Numbered from the stretch's first letter, positions 20,548 to 30,978 are shown. The stretch: DNA of 60,118 nucleotides from Actinomycetota bacterium (GCA_041180525.1 JBEGRI010000001.1:1-60118), one strand, 5' to 3'. Made by a program: numbers and translations. The notes: generated by a model from the sequence alone, not told the origin.

Positions 20548-21191
20548 TAACTAGCTTTAGTAATCAGCAATAACCCATCAGCGGTTGGAGATAAAACTGT
20601 AATCAAATCAGGCATAGTTTTTATCTTCTCAAGTAATGCCCGATAATCTTCGGTTGCCTCGTCCTGCATGAAATCATCAGGGACTCGATCTCGCCATAAA
20701 GCGTGGGCGATAACTAGAACCCCACCTAAACGCAAAACTCTTAGGGATTCGGTCAATTGTTGGATTAGGCTCTCGCGGTCACCATCAAGGAAGACCAGGT
20801 CGTATGAACCATCGGCTAAGTTTTTCAAAACATCTACGGCCTTACCATTGATTAGCCTCAGTCGGTTAGCTGGAATATCAGCTTGATTGAAAGCCAATTT
20901 TGCAATGTTTTGGTATTCGCTTTCCGCGTCGATGCTGACTAAGACAGCTTGATCATTGCCGGAAAGCAGCCAGAGCCCAGAGACTCCAGCGCCGGTGCCG
21001 ACTTCTACTATTGCTCTAGCCGAAGTTGCATTTACTAATAAGGCAAGGTGTGAACCTAGGGCTGGAGTGATTGATTCGATGCCAAGCTCATCCGCTCGAG
21101 TTCTGGCCTTAGCGATAACTTCAGGTTCTTGGTGGAAGTCTTCAGCAAACTTCCAACTGCTTATTTTGTCTACCATAGCGATATTGAGCAT
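20547..21191 (-). CDS. O-methyltransferase (Methyltransf_3, Rv1220c-like)
   Basis: VEVGTGAGVSG, SIDAE, YDLVFLDG; start could be ATG 21176. Confidence 0.88.
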   Translation of the reverse strand: MLNIAMVDKISSWKFAEDFHQEPEVIAKARTRADELGIESITPALGSHLALLVNATSARAIVEVGTGAGVSGLWLLSGNDQAVLVSIDAESEYQNIAKLAFNQADIPANRLRLINGKAVDVLKNLADGSYDLVFLDGDRESLIQQLTESLRVLRLGGVLVIAHALWRDRVPDDFMQDEATEDYRALLEKIKTMPDLITVLSPTADGLLLITKAS

Positions 21192-21241
21192 ATCTTTACT
21201 TAGCCCTCTAACTGGGGAGGTAGAGCGAGTAACCTAAAAGG

Positions 21242-21595
21242 GTGTTTGGTTTATCAAGTGAGAAGATAGTAATTCTGCTGGTCCTAGCGGTTTTTATCCT
21301 AGGGCCTGAGCGGTTACCTCAATACGCACGCAGCTTTGCCCAGTTCATCAAAAAACTTAGAAGAATGGCTAACGATGCTCAGGCCCAAATGAAAAATGAA
21401 CTGGGCGAGGGCTTTGAAGATTTGGATTGGAAGAAACTAGATCCTAGGCAGTATGACCCTAGAAGGATTATCCGGGAAGCACTATTAGAAGACGATGTTG
21501 CAATCAAGCATGCTGATTTGAACCAAGTTAAGGTAAAACCACAACCAAAATTACTTGACGGTGAACTTCCACCACACGATATCGAATCAACTTAG
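21242..21595 (+). CDS. tatB: Twin-arginine translocase subunit TatB
   Basis: N-terminal TM then GPERLP; DPRQYDPRRIIREAL; C-terminal DxE(S/A)T. Confidence 0.88.
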   Translation: MFGLSSEKIVILLVLAVFILGPERLPQYARSFAQFIKKLRRMANDAQAQMKNELGEGFEDLDWKKLDPRQYDPRRIIREALLEDDVAIKHADLNQVKVKPQPKLLDGELPPHDIEST

Positions 21596-23112
21596 ATTCG
21601 ACGCATTATTTTAGACAGCAAGTTTAAAAGAGGTGCCATTTTTTTGTATTGGTAACCACGCGAAGGAAACTCCAATAACCCTCGATGAATTCCAATCGCT
21701 TGAGCTTCGGTATATTTCAAGAGCCCAGCAGGACCGTTTCTTCGACCCAAACCAGAGTTCTTCATGCCACCCATCGGAGTATCAAGCGAGGCGAAAGTAG
21801 CGCGGAATCCTTCATTGATGTTAACGGTTCCTGCCATAATTCTGCTAGCTACCTTCTTAGCTTCGCTAGCCTTACCAACGACTGATGCGTTTAAACCCTC
21901 TGAGGTTTGATTAGCCAATTCAATCGCTTGATCAACATTGTCATAGCCATAAACGCAGACCAGAGGTCCGAACACTTCATTGCTGTGTAATCTCATGGTT
22001 TCATTGACATCAGTTAACACTGTTGGGGCGTAGTAGTAAGGTCCTAAATCTGGAAGTGGATGACCTCCTGCAATAACTCTGGCTCCTTTATCTTTGGCAT
22101 CTTCAATAAACTCTGAGACTCGCTTGAGCTGATTAGCTCCGGTTAAAGTTCCAATGTCGATGTTGAAGTCATTTGATTCGCCAAGTTTAAGTTGCTCAAC
22201 TTTATTTTTTAGTATGTTTTCAAATTCGTTTTTTAGGTTATTTGGAACATAGGCACGCTCAATCGAAACGCAGAGCTGACCAGCACTACCAAATGCTCCA
22301 CCAATCAAAATATCGGCTGCCTTGGCTAAATTAGCCGAAGGTAAAACTATTAGAGGATTCTTTCCACCCAGTTCCAAACTGAAGGGAATTAGTCGGCTGG
22401 CAGCTCTAGCACCAACCAATTTGCCTGTGTTGGAGCTACCGGTGAAAGCTAGATAATCTACTGAGTCAATTAGAGCGTTACCCACTTCACTTGCCTCACC
22501 GGCAATAATGGTCCAAAGATTCGGATCTAAACCAGCTTTGACTGCCAAAGCTCTTGCCATTAAAGCGGTCAATGTAGTTTGATTGTCGGATTTTTGAACT
22601 ACAGCGTTACCAGCAATTAAAGCTGGTAGGACATCCAACATGCATAGCGCCAGCGGATAATTCCATGGCGTAACAACTCCAACCACGCCAACCGGAACAT
22701 GGTTGACCCAGGTTTTGGTCAGCAGGGGAACTCCCGCAACTGTCTTTTCTGGTTTGAGGGTTTTCCTGGCAATCTTGGCATAGTAACGTGCAGCACCAGC
22801 AGATCCAGCAATTTCTTCGAAGGCATGGGCTCTAGCTTTGCCAGTTTCCAGCTGAAGAATATCCATCAATTTATCTTGCTCAGCCAAAATCAGGTCGTGC
22901 AGTTTATAAAGAATTTCGCTGCGTTGTTTAATGCTGGTCTTCGCCCAAATTTTTTGAGCCAGCCTTGCTTTAGCAACTTTGTCTTTTACATCTTCGGCAG
23001 TTAATTGGGGAAGTTCATATATAGGCTTTGCAGTATTTGGGTTGCTGATCACTAACTTGGTTTCCGCTTTACCAAGGTGTGAGATAAGGCTCTCTAGAGA
23101 ATATTCGCTCAT
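21592..23112 (-). CDS. Aldehyde dehydrogenase, succinate-semialdehyde dehydrogenase-like
   Basis: PWNYP, FTGS, ELGGKNP, GQLCVSIER, EVFGP motifs; substrate inferred from family resemblance. Confidence 0.82.
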   Translation of the reverse strand: MSEYSLESLISHLGKAETKLVISNPNTAKPIYELPQLTAEDVKDKVAKARLAQKIWAKTSIKQRSEILYKLHDLILAEQDKLMDILQLETGKARAHAFEEIAGSAGAARYYAKIARKTLKPEKTVAGVPLLTKTWVNHVPVGVVGVVTPWNYPLALCMLDVLPALIAGNAVVQKSDNQTTLTALMARALAVKAGLDPNLWTIIAGEASEVGNALIDSVDYLAFTGSSNTGKLVGARAASRLIPFSLELGGKNPLIVLPSANLAKAADILIGGAFGSAGQLCVSIERAYVPNNLKNEFENILKNKVEQLKLGESNDFNIDIGTLTGANQLKRVSEFIEDAKDKGARVIAGGHPLPDLGPYYYAPTVLTDVNETMRLHSNEVFGPLVCVYGYDNVDQAIELANQTSEGLNASVVGKASEAKKVASRIMAGTVNINEGFRATFASLDTPMGGMKNSGLGRRNGPAGLLKYTEAQAIGIHRGLLEFPSRGYQYKKMAPLLNLLSKIMRRI

Positions 23113-24215
23113 TGCCCTAGTTTAACTGTCAATGTTCTTGCCGCTTTACCCAATTTAACCGCTGCGACAGTCCTGACAAGTTTCTGAAGTTCTTTACTAG
23201 CGTTGTCTTCAAAATCTTTGAGAATAAGTGGCATACCTTGATCTGAACTTTCAGCTAACGATTGATTCAAAGGTATCTGCACCAGCACTTCTACTGGATA
23301 GCCAGCAGCGGAAGTCAATTGCTCAGCAACTTTGGCAGCCCCACCGGAACCGAAAATGAGTTCACGAGTAATCCCGTTTTCAAGCCAAGACATATTTTCA
23401 ACTACACCCATAATTTCTTGGTTTGCTTTTATAGCTGCCAAACCGCTTCTAATTGCTACCTCTGCTGCAGCTGGTTGAGGGGTTGTTACCACTAGAACCT
23501 TGGCATGAGGCAATAACTGCCCAAGTGAAATAGAAACATCACCGGTGCCAGGTGGCAAATCTATGACCAGATAATCGAGTTCACCCCAGTGCACGTCAAC
23601 CAAGAATTGTTCTATGGCTTTATGCAACATGGGTCCCCGCCAAGATATAGCCTCGTTGCCTTCAAAGAACATGCCGATCGAGATAACTTTCACCCCGTGC
23701 GACTCCGGTGGCAGCATCATGTCATCTAATCGAGTAGGTCTGGCTGTAACACCCATTTGCGAGAGAATGCTGAAACCGAAAATATCGGCATCAATCAAGC
23801 CAACTTTATTTCCATTTTTCGCTAAACCAACTGCTAGGTTGCTGGCGATGGTGCTCTTACCAACCCCACCTTTGCCTGAAGTAACCAGAATTACCCTGGT
23901 AGCGGAATTGGCTGTAAAAGGATTGCTCTTTTGCTTTCCCCGCAACAGAATTTTTAGCGAATCAAGCTCCGCTTTAGACATCACAGACATCTGGATGGTT
24001 ACTTGAGGAAAAACCTCTTCAAGTAATGCTTTAGCGCTCTGTTCGATGTAATCAGCTTGTGGGCAATGCACGACTGTTAGTTTTATTTCAACTACGAGTT
24101 GCTTTAGATCCCCAGAGATAGCACCAACCATTCCGAGTTCGGTTATCGGTTTGCCAAGTTCTGGATCTATTAACTTGCCTAGAGCCGAATAAACTTTAGT
24201 TTCTAGCTCATTCAT
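23109..24215 (-). CDS. mrp: Mrp/NBP35 family ATP-binding protein
   Basis: N-terminal DUF59 (DPELG..CP), SGKGGVGKS, WRGPM, DLPPGTGD, VENMS. Confidence 0.92.
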   Translation of the reverse strand: MNELETKVYSALGKLIDPELGKPITELGMVGAISGDLKQLVVEIKLTVVHCPQADYIEQSAKALLEEVFPQVTIQMSVMSKAELDSLKILLRGKQKSNPFTANSATRVILVTSGKGGVGKSTIASNLAVGLAKNGNKVGLIDADIFGFSILSQMGVTARPTRLDDMMLPPESHGVKVISIGMFFEGNEAISWRGPMLHKAIEQFLVDVHWGELDYLVIDLPPGTGDVSISLGQLLPHAKVLVVTTPQPAAAEVAIRSGLAAIKANQEIMGVVENMSWLENGITRELIFGSGGAAKVAEQLTSAAGYPVEVLVQIPLNQSLAESSDQGMPLILKDFEDNASKELQKLVRTVAAVKLGKAARTLTVKLGQ

Positions 24216-24724
24216 TCGGTCTTGTTATCTGACTTATTCTGCTTTTCAGCAAGTAATTCCTCAAGCAAACTTCTAAGTTCATCTCTAACAAACTCTTTGG
24301 TAGCAACCTCATCCATGGCCAAACGCAAAGCAACAACTTCTCTGGCTAGATACTCTGTATCGGCAAGATTTCTTTCCGCTCTTTGTCGGTCTTGCTCGCT
24401 TTTTACTCGGTCACGATCATCTTGACGGTTTTGGGCCAGCAGGATCAGGGGAGCAGCGTAACTAGCCTGCAAAGAAAGCAAAAGTGTCAGCAAGGTGAAA
24501 TTCGTTGCTCTGGGGTCAAAGGCAACATCAGAAGGCACCAGTGAGTTATAGCTAAGCCAAATCACACAGAAGATGGTTAGCCCTATCAGGAAGCCACCAG
24601 TGCCTAGGGCACGGGCAAAGGCTTCTGAAGCTCTGCCAAAGCGCTCTCTATCAATCTTTGGAACTAGTAGCGGTTTACGCTTGGCTAGCAAAGGAGTATC
24701 TAGCCTGGCACGATTCTTGGCCAT
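24212..24724 (-). CDS. DUF1003 membrane protein
   Basis: LLTLLLSLQASYAAPLILLAQNRQDDRD signature. Confidence 0.9.
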   Translation of the reverse strand: MAKNRARLDTPLLAKRKPLLVPKIDRERFGRASEAFARALGTGGFLIGLTIFCVIWLSYNSLVPSDVAFDPRATNFTLLTLLLSLQASYAAPLILLAQNRQDDRDRVKSEQDRQRAERNLADTEYLAREVVALRLAMDEVATKEFVRDELRSLLEELLAEKQNKSDNKTE

Positions 24725-25968
24725 TAGATTCCTCCTTCATCTTCAGTTCTCCAGTCATCTGGAAGCAAGTGGTCTAAGACGTCGTCAACGGTAACAACGC
24801 CAATCAAGCGATTTTCTTTATCTATTACCGGCAGGGCAACAAGGTTGTAGTTTGCCAAAGTTCGGTGGATTTTTGAGATATGGGTTTCTGGACTTACCGG
24901 TTCAATCTCAGTATCCAGAATCGTTCCAAGTCTCTCATGGGGAGGGTATCTAAGCAAGCGTTGAAAATGAACCATACCTAGATAACGGCCAGTGACAGTT
25001 TCAAACGGTGGCAGCGTAACGAAAACCGAAGCAGCCAGCGCTGGAGCAACTTCTTTTCTTCTAATCAAAGCCATAGCTTCTGCCACGGTAGCATCTGCCG
25101 AGCAGATTACCGGTTCAGTTGTCATGAGACCACCAGCAGTAAGCTCATCGAATTGCATCAAACGACGAATGTCTTCAGCTTCTTCCTCGTCCATCAACTC
25201 CAAAATCGCTTCAGCACGATCTTCAGGAAGATTTTGCATCAAGTCTGCAGCATCATCGGGCTGCATTAGATCTAAAACTTCAGCAGCACGCTCATCATCA
25301 AGATCCTGAACAATCTCAATTTGCTCTTCTTCAGGAAGCTCTTCTAGAACATCGGCCAAGCGTTCATCATCTAGTTCTTCAGCTACCTCAATCATGCGCT
25401 CTTCAGGTAGGTCTAATAAGGCACTTGCAAGGTCAGCCGGAAGCATATCGGAATAGGTTGCAATCAACTGTTCTGCAGATTGACTTTCATTGCCATCCTG
25501 GTCTTCAATAACTTTGCTCCAGTCAACAAAAAGAGTCTGCCCTTTAGCAAAAGGTGTGGCTGAGGTCTTTGGCCTTCTGAGAAATAGTTCGGAGACAATC
25601 CAGTCTTTGCGATCATTTAGTTCGAGGGCTAAATCTTCAATGCTTGCCATACCAGAGCCGTCTTTTAGGCTAACTTTTCGACCCAAAATTTCAGCAATAA
25701 CTCTTTGCTCGCTGCCTCGTTGGCTAAATCTTCTTAGATCAATCAAACCGTTGGTGATAACTTGTCCCGGTGCGATTGAAGTTACACGGCTAATGGGAAC
25801 AAATACTCTTCTTCGTCCAACGATTTCAACTAGCATACCTGTGGCTCTAGGGGCGCTATTTGCACGGTATGCCACTAGAACGTCAATGACTTTACCTACC
25901 TTGTCACCGACGGGATCAAAAACAGAGCAGCCAGCTAATCTGGCTACAAAGACTCTACTCGCACTCAC
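24724..25968 (-). CDS. MgtE intracellular-N/CBS domain protein without the MgtE membrane domain
   Basis: N-terminal PRC-barrel-like region (GDKVGKVIDV), acidic MgtE_N repeats (PDDAAD), CBS pair (AGGLMT..GVVTVDD). Confidence 0.87.
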   Translation of the reverse strand: MSASRVFVARLAGCSVFDPVGDKVGKVIDVLVAYRANSAPRATGMLVEIVGRRRVFVPISRVTSIAPGQVITNGLIDLRRFSQRGSEQRVIAEILGRKVSLKDGSGMASIEDLALELNDRKDWIVSELFLRRPKTSATPFAKGQTLFVDWSKVIEDQDGNESQSAEQLIATYSDMLPADLASALLDLPEERMIEVAEELDDERLADVLEELPEEEQIEIVQDLDDERAAEVLDLMQPDDAADLMQNLPEDRAEAILELMDEEEAEDIRRLMQFDELTAGGLMTTEPVICSADATVAEAMALIRRKEVAPALAASVFVTLPPFETVTGRYLGMVHFQRLLRYPPHERLGTILDTEIEPVSPETHISKIHRTLANYNLVALPVIDKENRLIGVVTVDDVLDHLLPDDWRTEDEGGI

Positions 25969-26013
25969 CTTTTAACCTTAGACGAGATAGCCGAACTCTG
26001 GCAGAATAGAGCG

Positions 26014-26505
26014 ATGGCTAAAAGAAATTTACTGCGACTGGCACAGAGCCTGCCGAATGGCTCTGTTGTTGCTGACTTCAGCAATTATGAAGGAGCGGTC
26101 AAATACGTTGAGCAAATGCTCAAAGGTGATTTTCCAGCTAGTGCAGTTGCTATTGTTGGAACGAACCTGAGCACAGTAGAGCGAGTCCGAGGAAAAATCA
26201 ACTACGCCAAAGTTGCCTTGAATGGTGCAAGCCTCGGCTTATGGATAGGGCTTGTTCTGTACTTCATATTTGGAACATCTAATCAACCAAACCAAACCGG
26301 TCAAATTTCTCTGCTACCTGCACTATTAGTCGGCGCTGGCATAGGCATGCTTTGGCAAATAGTTCGTTTTGCCCTAATGAGAAACAAACGTTCTTTTACC
26401 AGCAGTTCCCAGATTGTAGCTAGTAAATATGAGGTGCTTGTGCCAAACGAGTTGACCAGTGATGCCGAGGCCGCTTACCTTAAAGGTGGTCAGGTCGAAG
26501 ACTAA
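26014..26505 (+). CDS. General stress protein 17M-like membrane protein
   Basis: Y..A..V..L..FP..AIVG pattern, two TM helices, FTS..Q..A..YEV C-terminus. Confidence 0.7.
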   Translation: MAKRNLLRLAQSLPNGSVVADFSNYEGAVKYVEQMLKGDFPASAVAIVGTNLSTVERVRGKINYAKVALNGASLGLWIGLVLYFIFGTSNQPNQTGQISLLPALLVGAGIGMLWQIVRFALMRNKRSFTSSSQIVASKYEVLVPNELTSDAEAAYLKGGQVED

Positions 26506-27914
26506 CCTTTGAGCTTTTTCATCCAGGCCTCAATTTCTTTCGGCTTTCTTGGAAGCTTCTTAGTTAGGTTCACTACACCAGTCTTAGTTACCAAGACATC
26601 ATCTTCAATTCGAACACCAATGCCACGGAATTCTTTTGGAACCAGCAGGTCATCTTTGTGGAAGTAAAGACCAGGTTCGATGGTAAAGATCATGCCTTCT
26701 TCCAGAACATGGTCGTGATACATCTCTCTTCTAGCCTGAGCACAGTCATGAACATCGAGACCTAGGTGGTGACCAGTACCATGAATCATCCAGCGGCGAT
26801 GCCACTGATTCTTTGGGTCGAGTGATTGCTCAACAGTTCCCTTGTATAGACCCCAACCCTTAGTTTTCTCTGCGATAACGCGCATGGCGGTAGCGTGCAT
26901 TTCAGAGTATTTGACTCCAGGTTTAGCCATGGCAAAGACTGCATCAGCCGCTTCTAGAACCGCAAGGTAAATCTCTTTTTGAACTTTAGAGAATTTGCCG
27001 TTGATTGGAATGGTTCTGGTGACATCTGCGGTGTATAACGAGTCAACTTCAACACCTGCGTCGACAAGTAATAGATCTCCAGGCTTTACTGGTCCATCAT
27101 TGATGATCCAGTGCAGCGTACAAGCATGCTCACCAGCTGCAGCGATGGTTTCGTAACCTAGGTCATTACCATCAGATCTAGCTTTTGAAAAGAAAGCTGC
27201 TTCAACAAGTCTCTCACCACGAGGGTGCTTAATTGCTTTAGGTAGAACTTTGACAATACTTTCGAAACCTTTGATTGAAGCGGCAACCGATTTCTTCATC
27301 TCAGCGATTTCATAGTCATCTTTGATGAGCCTAAGCTCTGAAACAAATTCAACTAGTTTTACGCTTTTTTCTAAGGTCACAATTTTTTTCTTGTCAAACT
27401 TAGCAAGGTCTGCTGCATAGCTCTTTAGAGACTTGGTGTTGATTCCAAGTAGTGCTTGAACAAATTTCAGTCCTGGCCTAGCACCAACCCAGAATTCACC
27501 GATGGCAGAGTTTGCAAAAAACTCATCGGTATTTTTACCGGCAGTTTCTCTGAAGTAAAGAGTTGACTTTGCAGTTTTGCCAGAAGCATCAATAACTAAA
27601 ACTGAACCTGGAACCGTTGCTGACCCCCAACCCGTTAGGTGGGCAAAAGCTGAGTGCGGGCGGTAACGATATTCAGTGTCATTCGATCTAGTGATCGATT
27701 CACCAGCTTCGATGATGATGATCTTTCCTGCAAATGCTTTAGCAACAGCTGAGCGACGTTTAGCTGCATAAGGAGCTACTTCGTGTCGTAGGGGCAGTTT
27801 AGACTTATCTGGTGCCCAGTTGCTTCCGATGTATTTGACGAATGAATTACTGGTTGGACGATGGCTCCGTGCGGAGTTTCTAGCAGCCAACTTGCTAGCG
27901 GCATCTTTATTCAT
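26502..27914 (-). CDS. pepP: Xaa-Pro aminopeptidase (aminopeptidase P)
   Basis: LVDAG, ADVTRT, HGTGHHLGLDVHD, TIEPGLY, GVRIEDD; start set at ATG 27914. Confidence 0.92.
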   Translation of the reverse strand: MNKDAASKLAARNSARSHRPTSNSFVKYIGSNWAPDKSKLPLRHEVAPYAAKRRSAVAKAFAGKIIIIEAGESITRSNDTEYRYRPHSAFAHLTGWGSATVPGSVLVIDASGKTAKSTLYFRETAGKNTDEFFANSAIGEFWVGARPGLKFVQALLGINTKSLKSYAADLAKFDKKKIVTLEKSVKLVEFVSELRLIKDDYEIAEMKKSVAASIKGFESIVKVLPKAIKHPRGERLVEAAFFSKARSDGNDLGYETIAAAGEHACTLHWIINDGPVKPGDLLLVDAGVEVDSLYTADVTRTIPINGKFSKVQKEIYLAVLEAADAVFAMAKPGVKYSEMHATAMRVIAEKTKGWGLYKGTVEQSLDPKNQWHRRWMIHGTGHHLGLDVHDCAQARREMYHDHVLEEGMIFTIEPGLYFHKDDLLVPKEFRGIGVRIEDDVLVTKTGVVNLTKKLPRKPKEIEAWMKKLKG

Positions 27915-27970
27915 GGTTTTATTCTGCCATTTTTCGGGCAATAGGCTTGAACCTAATCAGAAAGGAAGAT

Positions 27971-28870
27971 ATGACCCTATCGATTGATTTACACATCCAT
28001 TCCAGAAATTCAGATGGTGCAGATACCGTGGAGGAATTAGTGCCACTGATAGCCAAGGCTGGAGTTGATGTTTTTGCCCTCAGCGACCATGACCGCACCG
28101 ACGGTTGGCAGGCTGCCAGGGCGCTAGCTACAGAGTTCGGGCTAAGTTTCATTCCAGCCATTGAGATAACTACCGAGGGTAGATTCAGTGATAAACCTCG
28201 CGGTATTCACCTCTTGGCATATCTTCCAGATCCTAATCACCCAGAATTACAAGAAGTCCTCATCGCCAACCAGAACTCTCGCATTACCAGGATGAAGAAA
28301 TTCGTAGACAAGATGCAACCAGACTTTCCAGGTCTGACCTTTGAAAACGTCATGGCCGGTCTAGAAGAGGGCGCTACCGTTGGCCGTCCAGCACTAGCAC
28401 AAGCATTAGTTGAACTCGGGGTTGCTAGTAAGGTCGGCGATGTATTTGACAGTGGCCTGATTGGAAGATCTTCAAAATATTACGTCAGAAACGAATCGCC
28501 TGACGTGCTAGATGCAATCCGTATCGTTAGAGATGCTGGCGGAGTTCCAGTGATAGCTCATCCTTTATCTCGAACTCAATCCGATGACACTAGACAAACC
28601 CATTTTCCTGAAGCTGACTTCGAAGCGATGGTGGAAGCTGGTTTGCTCGGTGTTGAAACATCTCACAAAGAAGTGCCAGCAGAGAACAAACTGATTTTGG
28701 ATGCATTTGCTCGAAAACATAACCTAATCACAACTGGTTCTAGTGACTATCACGGACTCAGTGTCAAGGAAAATAACCCACTGGGTCTTTACACCACTGA
28801 AGAGGATCAATTGAAGAGAATCTTAGAACTAGGCACTGGCAGCAAACCTTTGCTGCAACACTCCATCTAA
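27971..28870 (+). CDS. PHP-domain metal-dependent phosphoesterase (TrpH/YciV-like)
   Basis: DLHIHS..SDG, SDHD, GRPAL, AHP, GSSDYHG; AAAGGA SD before ATG 27971. Confidence 0.88.
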   Translation: MTLSIDLHIHSRNSDGADTVEELVPLIAKAGVDVFALSDHDRTDGWQAARALATEFGLSFIPAIEITTEGRFSDKPRGIHLLAYLPDPNHPELQEVLIANQNSRITRMKKFVDKMQPDFPGLTFENVMAGLEEGATVGRPALAQALVELGVASKVGDVFDSGLIGRSSKYYVRNESPDVLDAIRIVRDAGGVPVIAHPLSRTQSDDTRQTHFPEADFEAMVEAGLLGVETSHKEVPAENKLILDAFARKHNLITTGSSDYHGLSVKENNPLGLYTTEEDQLKRILELGTGSKPLLQHSI

Positions 28871-30147
28871 TCTTTTTTGTATGTTCTAATTCGTTTTCTC
28901 GGTTTGCGAGTTTGCTCTTGCTTCTTAGCTTCGGATTTCGGCTTCACAGTCTTGGCAGCAGCAGCTTTAACTAAACGCCCTTTGGTGCCTGCAGGTATGT
29001 CTAGGTCACTGTATAGATTCTCCGAGGAAGAGTATGTCTCAATAGGGTCTGGAACCCCCAACTCTAAAGCCTGGTTGATGTTACCCCAGCGAATCAGATC
29101 TTCCCAGTCGACAAAAGTAACTGCAATGCCAGTTTTACCCGCTCGACCGGTTCTACCGATTCTGTGTAAATAGGCTTTTTCATCTTCTGGAACTGTGTAA
29201 TTGATTACATGGCTAACATCATCGACATCGATGCCTCGAGCGGCAACCTCGGTTGCAACCAGAATCTCTTTCTTTCCTGAGCGGAAGTTATTCAATGATC
29301 TTTCTCTGGCTTCTTGGGACATATCACCATGCAAAGCTGTTGCCTGAAAACCTCGCTGAATTAGTTCTTCGGCGAGATTTCCTGCCTGTCGTTTAGTTTT
29401 ACAAAAAATAATTGTTTTCCCACGACCGGTGGCTTGAAGAATTCTGGCTACCACTTCATCTTTATCAAGTGCGTGAGCTCGGTAAATAAACTGTTTGATA
29501 TCGGCTTTGGTATGACCTTCATCGGGATCGTTCACTCTAATGTGAACTGGACGGTTTTGAAACTTTCTTGCTAGTGAAACAATCTGCCCAGGCATAGTCG
29601 CTGAAAAGAGCATTGTTTGCCTAGTTTGTGGTGTGTATGCGAAAAGTTTTTCGACATCAGGAAGAAAACCAAGATCCAGCATTTTGTCTGCTTCATCTAA
29701 AACCAAAACCTCAATCTTGGAAAAATCTAGTTTTCTCTGGTTGTGTAAATCAATTAGCCTTCCTGGAGTTCCAACAATGATTTGGGCACCTGCCTCGATT
29801 TGGGCAATTTGGCCTTCATAGCTTTTGCCACCATAGATGGTTGCTACTAAAGTGCTCCGATTCTGACAAGCCAGGATCAGATCCTCTGCAACCTGGATGG
29901 CTAATTCTCTGGTTGGAACAACAACTAGGGCTTTAGCTCCTTTATCTGGGGTGAGGCCAAGGCGTTGAATGATCGGAAGCCCAAAGCCAAAGGTCTTGCC
30001 GGTTCCAGTTTTAGCCTGACCGATAAGGTCCGCTCCGGTTAGGGCTATCGGGATGGCTTGCTCTTGGATGGGGAAAGCTTCGACTATCCCTTTGCCAGCA
30101 AGGGCATCGGTGATGTCTTTGGAAATGCCCAAATCGCTAAAATTCAA
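28867..30147 (-). CDS. DEAD-box RNA helicase
   Basis: Q motif, AKTGTGKT, PTRELA, TPGR, DEAD, SAT, ARGID, HRIGRTGR. Confidence 0.95.
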   Translation of the reverse strand: MNFSDLGISKDITDALAGKGIVEAFPIQEQAIPIALTGADLIGQAKTGTGKTFGFGLPIIQRLGLTPDKGAKALVVVPTRELAIQVAEDLILACQNRSTLVATIYGGKSYEGQIAQIEAGAQIIVGTPGRLIDLHNQRKLDFSKIEVLVLDEADKMLDLGFLPDVEKLFAYTPQTRQTMLFSATMPGQIVSLARKFQNRPVHIRVNDPDEGHTKADIKQFIYRAHALDKDEVVARILQATGRGKTIIFCKTKRQAGNLAEELIQRGFQATALHGDMSQEARERSLNNFRSGKKEILVATEVAARGIDVDDVSHVINYTVPEDEKAYLHRIGRTGRAGKTGIAVTFVDWEDLIRWGNINQALELGVPDPIETYSSSENLYSDLDIPAGTKGRLVKAAAAKTVKPKSEAKKQEQTRKPRKRIRTYKKD

Positions 30148-30200
30148 GGATTTATCTACCTGTTCTATTGATACAAGTCTAGGGGGGTTAAGATTGTTCG

Positions 30201-30977
30201 GTGTTCGAATGGTTAAAGCGTTTTCGTAAAGTTGCTAAGCGGCTAAGCGTTGCTGAGCGTAGCGAAGAGAAATCAGCACGCAACACGAAAGCTATCAACC
30301 TAAAACCCTACACACCTTCACCTAAAGCTTTCTTGGGGCAACTGGCTTACATCCAGCTGTCTAACTTCGAAATTCTTACTGCAGCACTAAAGTATTCGCC
30401 TAACACTTCATACAAAGCTGAGTTGAGTGAAGCAGCAGCTAGAAGTTTCGATAAGTATCGTCAGCTTTCAAAGAAACTAGTTGATCTAGGTGCAGATCCT
30501 GCCGAAGAGATGAATCCGTTCAAAGAGCGGATAGCTGTGTTTCACTCCAATACTTCTGGACTTGATTGGTATGAAGTTGTGATTAAGGTTTACTTAACTT
30601 CAGGATTGTTAGATGACTTTTATTCGAGGCTTGCATCTGGGCTAAACGACGAACTGCAAGCTGAAGTTGAAAAGGCACTCAAGGATCGAACCTTTGAGAA
30701 ATTTGCTAAACGAGTTTTGAGTGAAGCGGTGGCAAGCGATCCAGTTTTAGCTTCAAGATTAGCGCTATGGGGCAGAAGACTAATGGGCGATGTTTTGCTA
30801 GAGCTCAGAGCAGCTTTCGATAACCGCAAGCTTGCAGGTGTGTCAAAAGATAAACAGTTAAGTGTTGAGGAAGAGCGAAAAGTTAATCTTGCAGCTTACT
30901 CAAAGTTGGAGCCGCTTATATCTGAATTAACTGGCGTTCACTCTCAACGCATGGAAGCTTTAGGGCTGGCAGCCTAA
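30201..30977 (+). CDS. Ferritin-like fold protein (MiaE-like)
   Basis: Helical protein with RLALWGRRL and H..RM..LGL; standard location next to the DEAD helicase and DUF3107. Confidence 0.75.
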   Translation: MFEWLKRFRKVAKRLSVAERSEEKSARNTKAINLKPYTPSPKAFLGQLAYIQLSNFEILTAALKYSPNTSYKAELSEAAARSFDKYRQLSKKLVDLGADPAEEMNPFKERIAVFHSNTSGLDWYEVVIKVYLTSGLLDDFYSRLASGLNDELQAEVEKALKDRTFEKFAKRVLSEAVASDPVLASRLALWGRRLMGDVLLELRAAFDNRKLAGVSKDKQLSVEEERKVNLAAYSKLEPLISELTGVHSQRMEALGLAA

Positions 30978-30978
30978 A

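Noticed and set aside
25490-25975. 161-aa antisense ORF, representative of the many 60-160 aa nested ORFs in the track
   Set aside because: All lie within recognisable housekeeping genes and are explained by codon bias on the coding strand.
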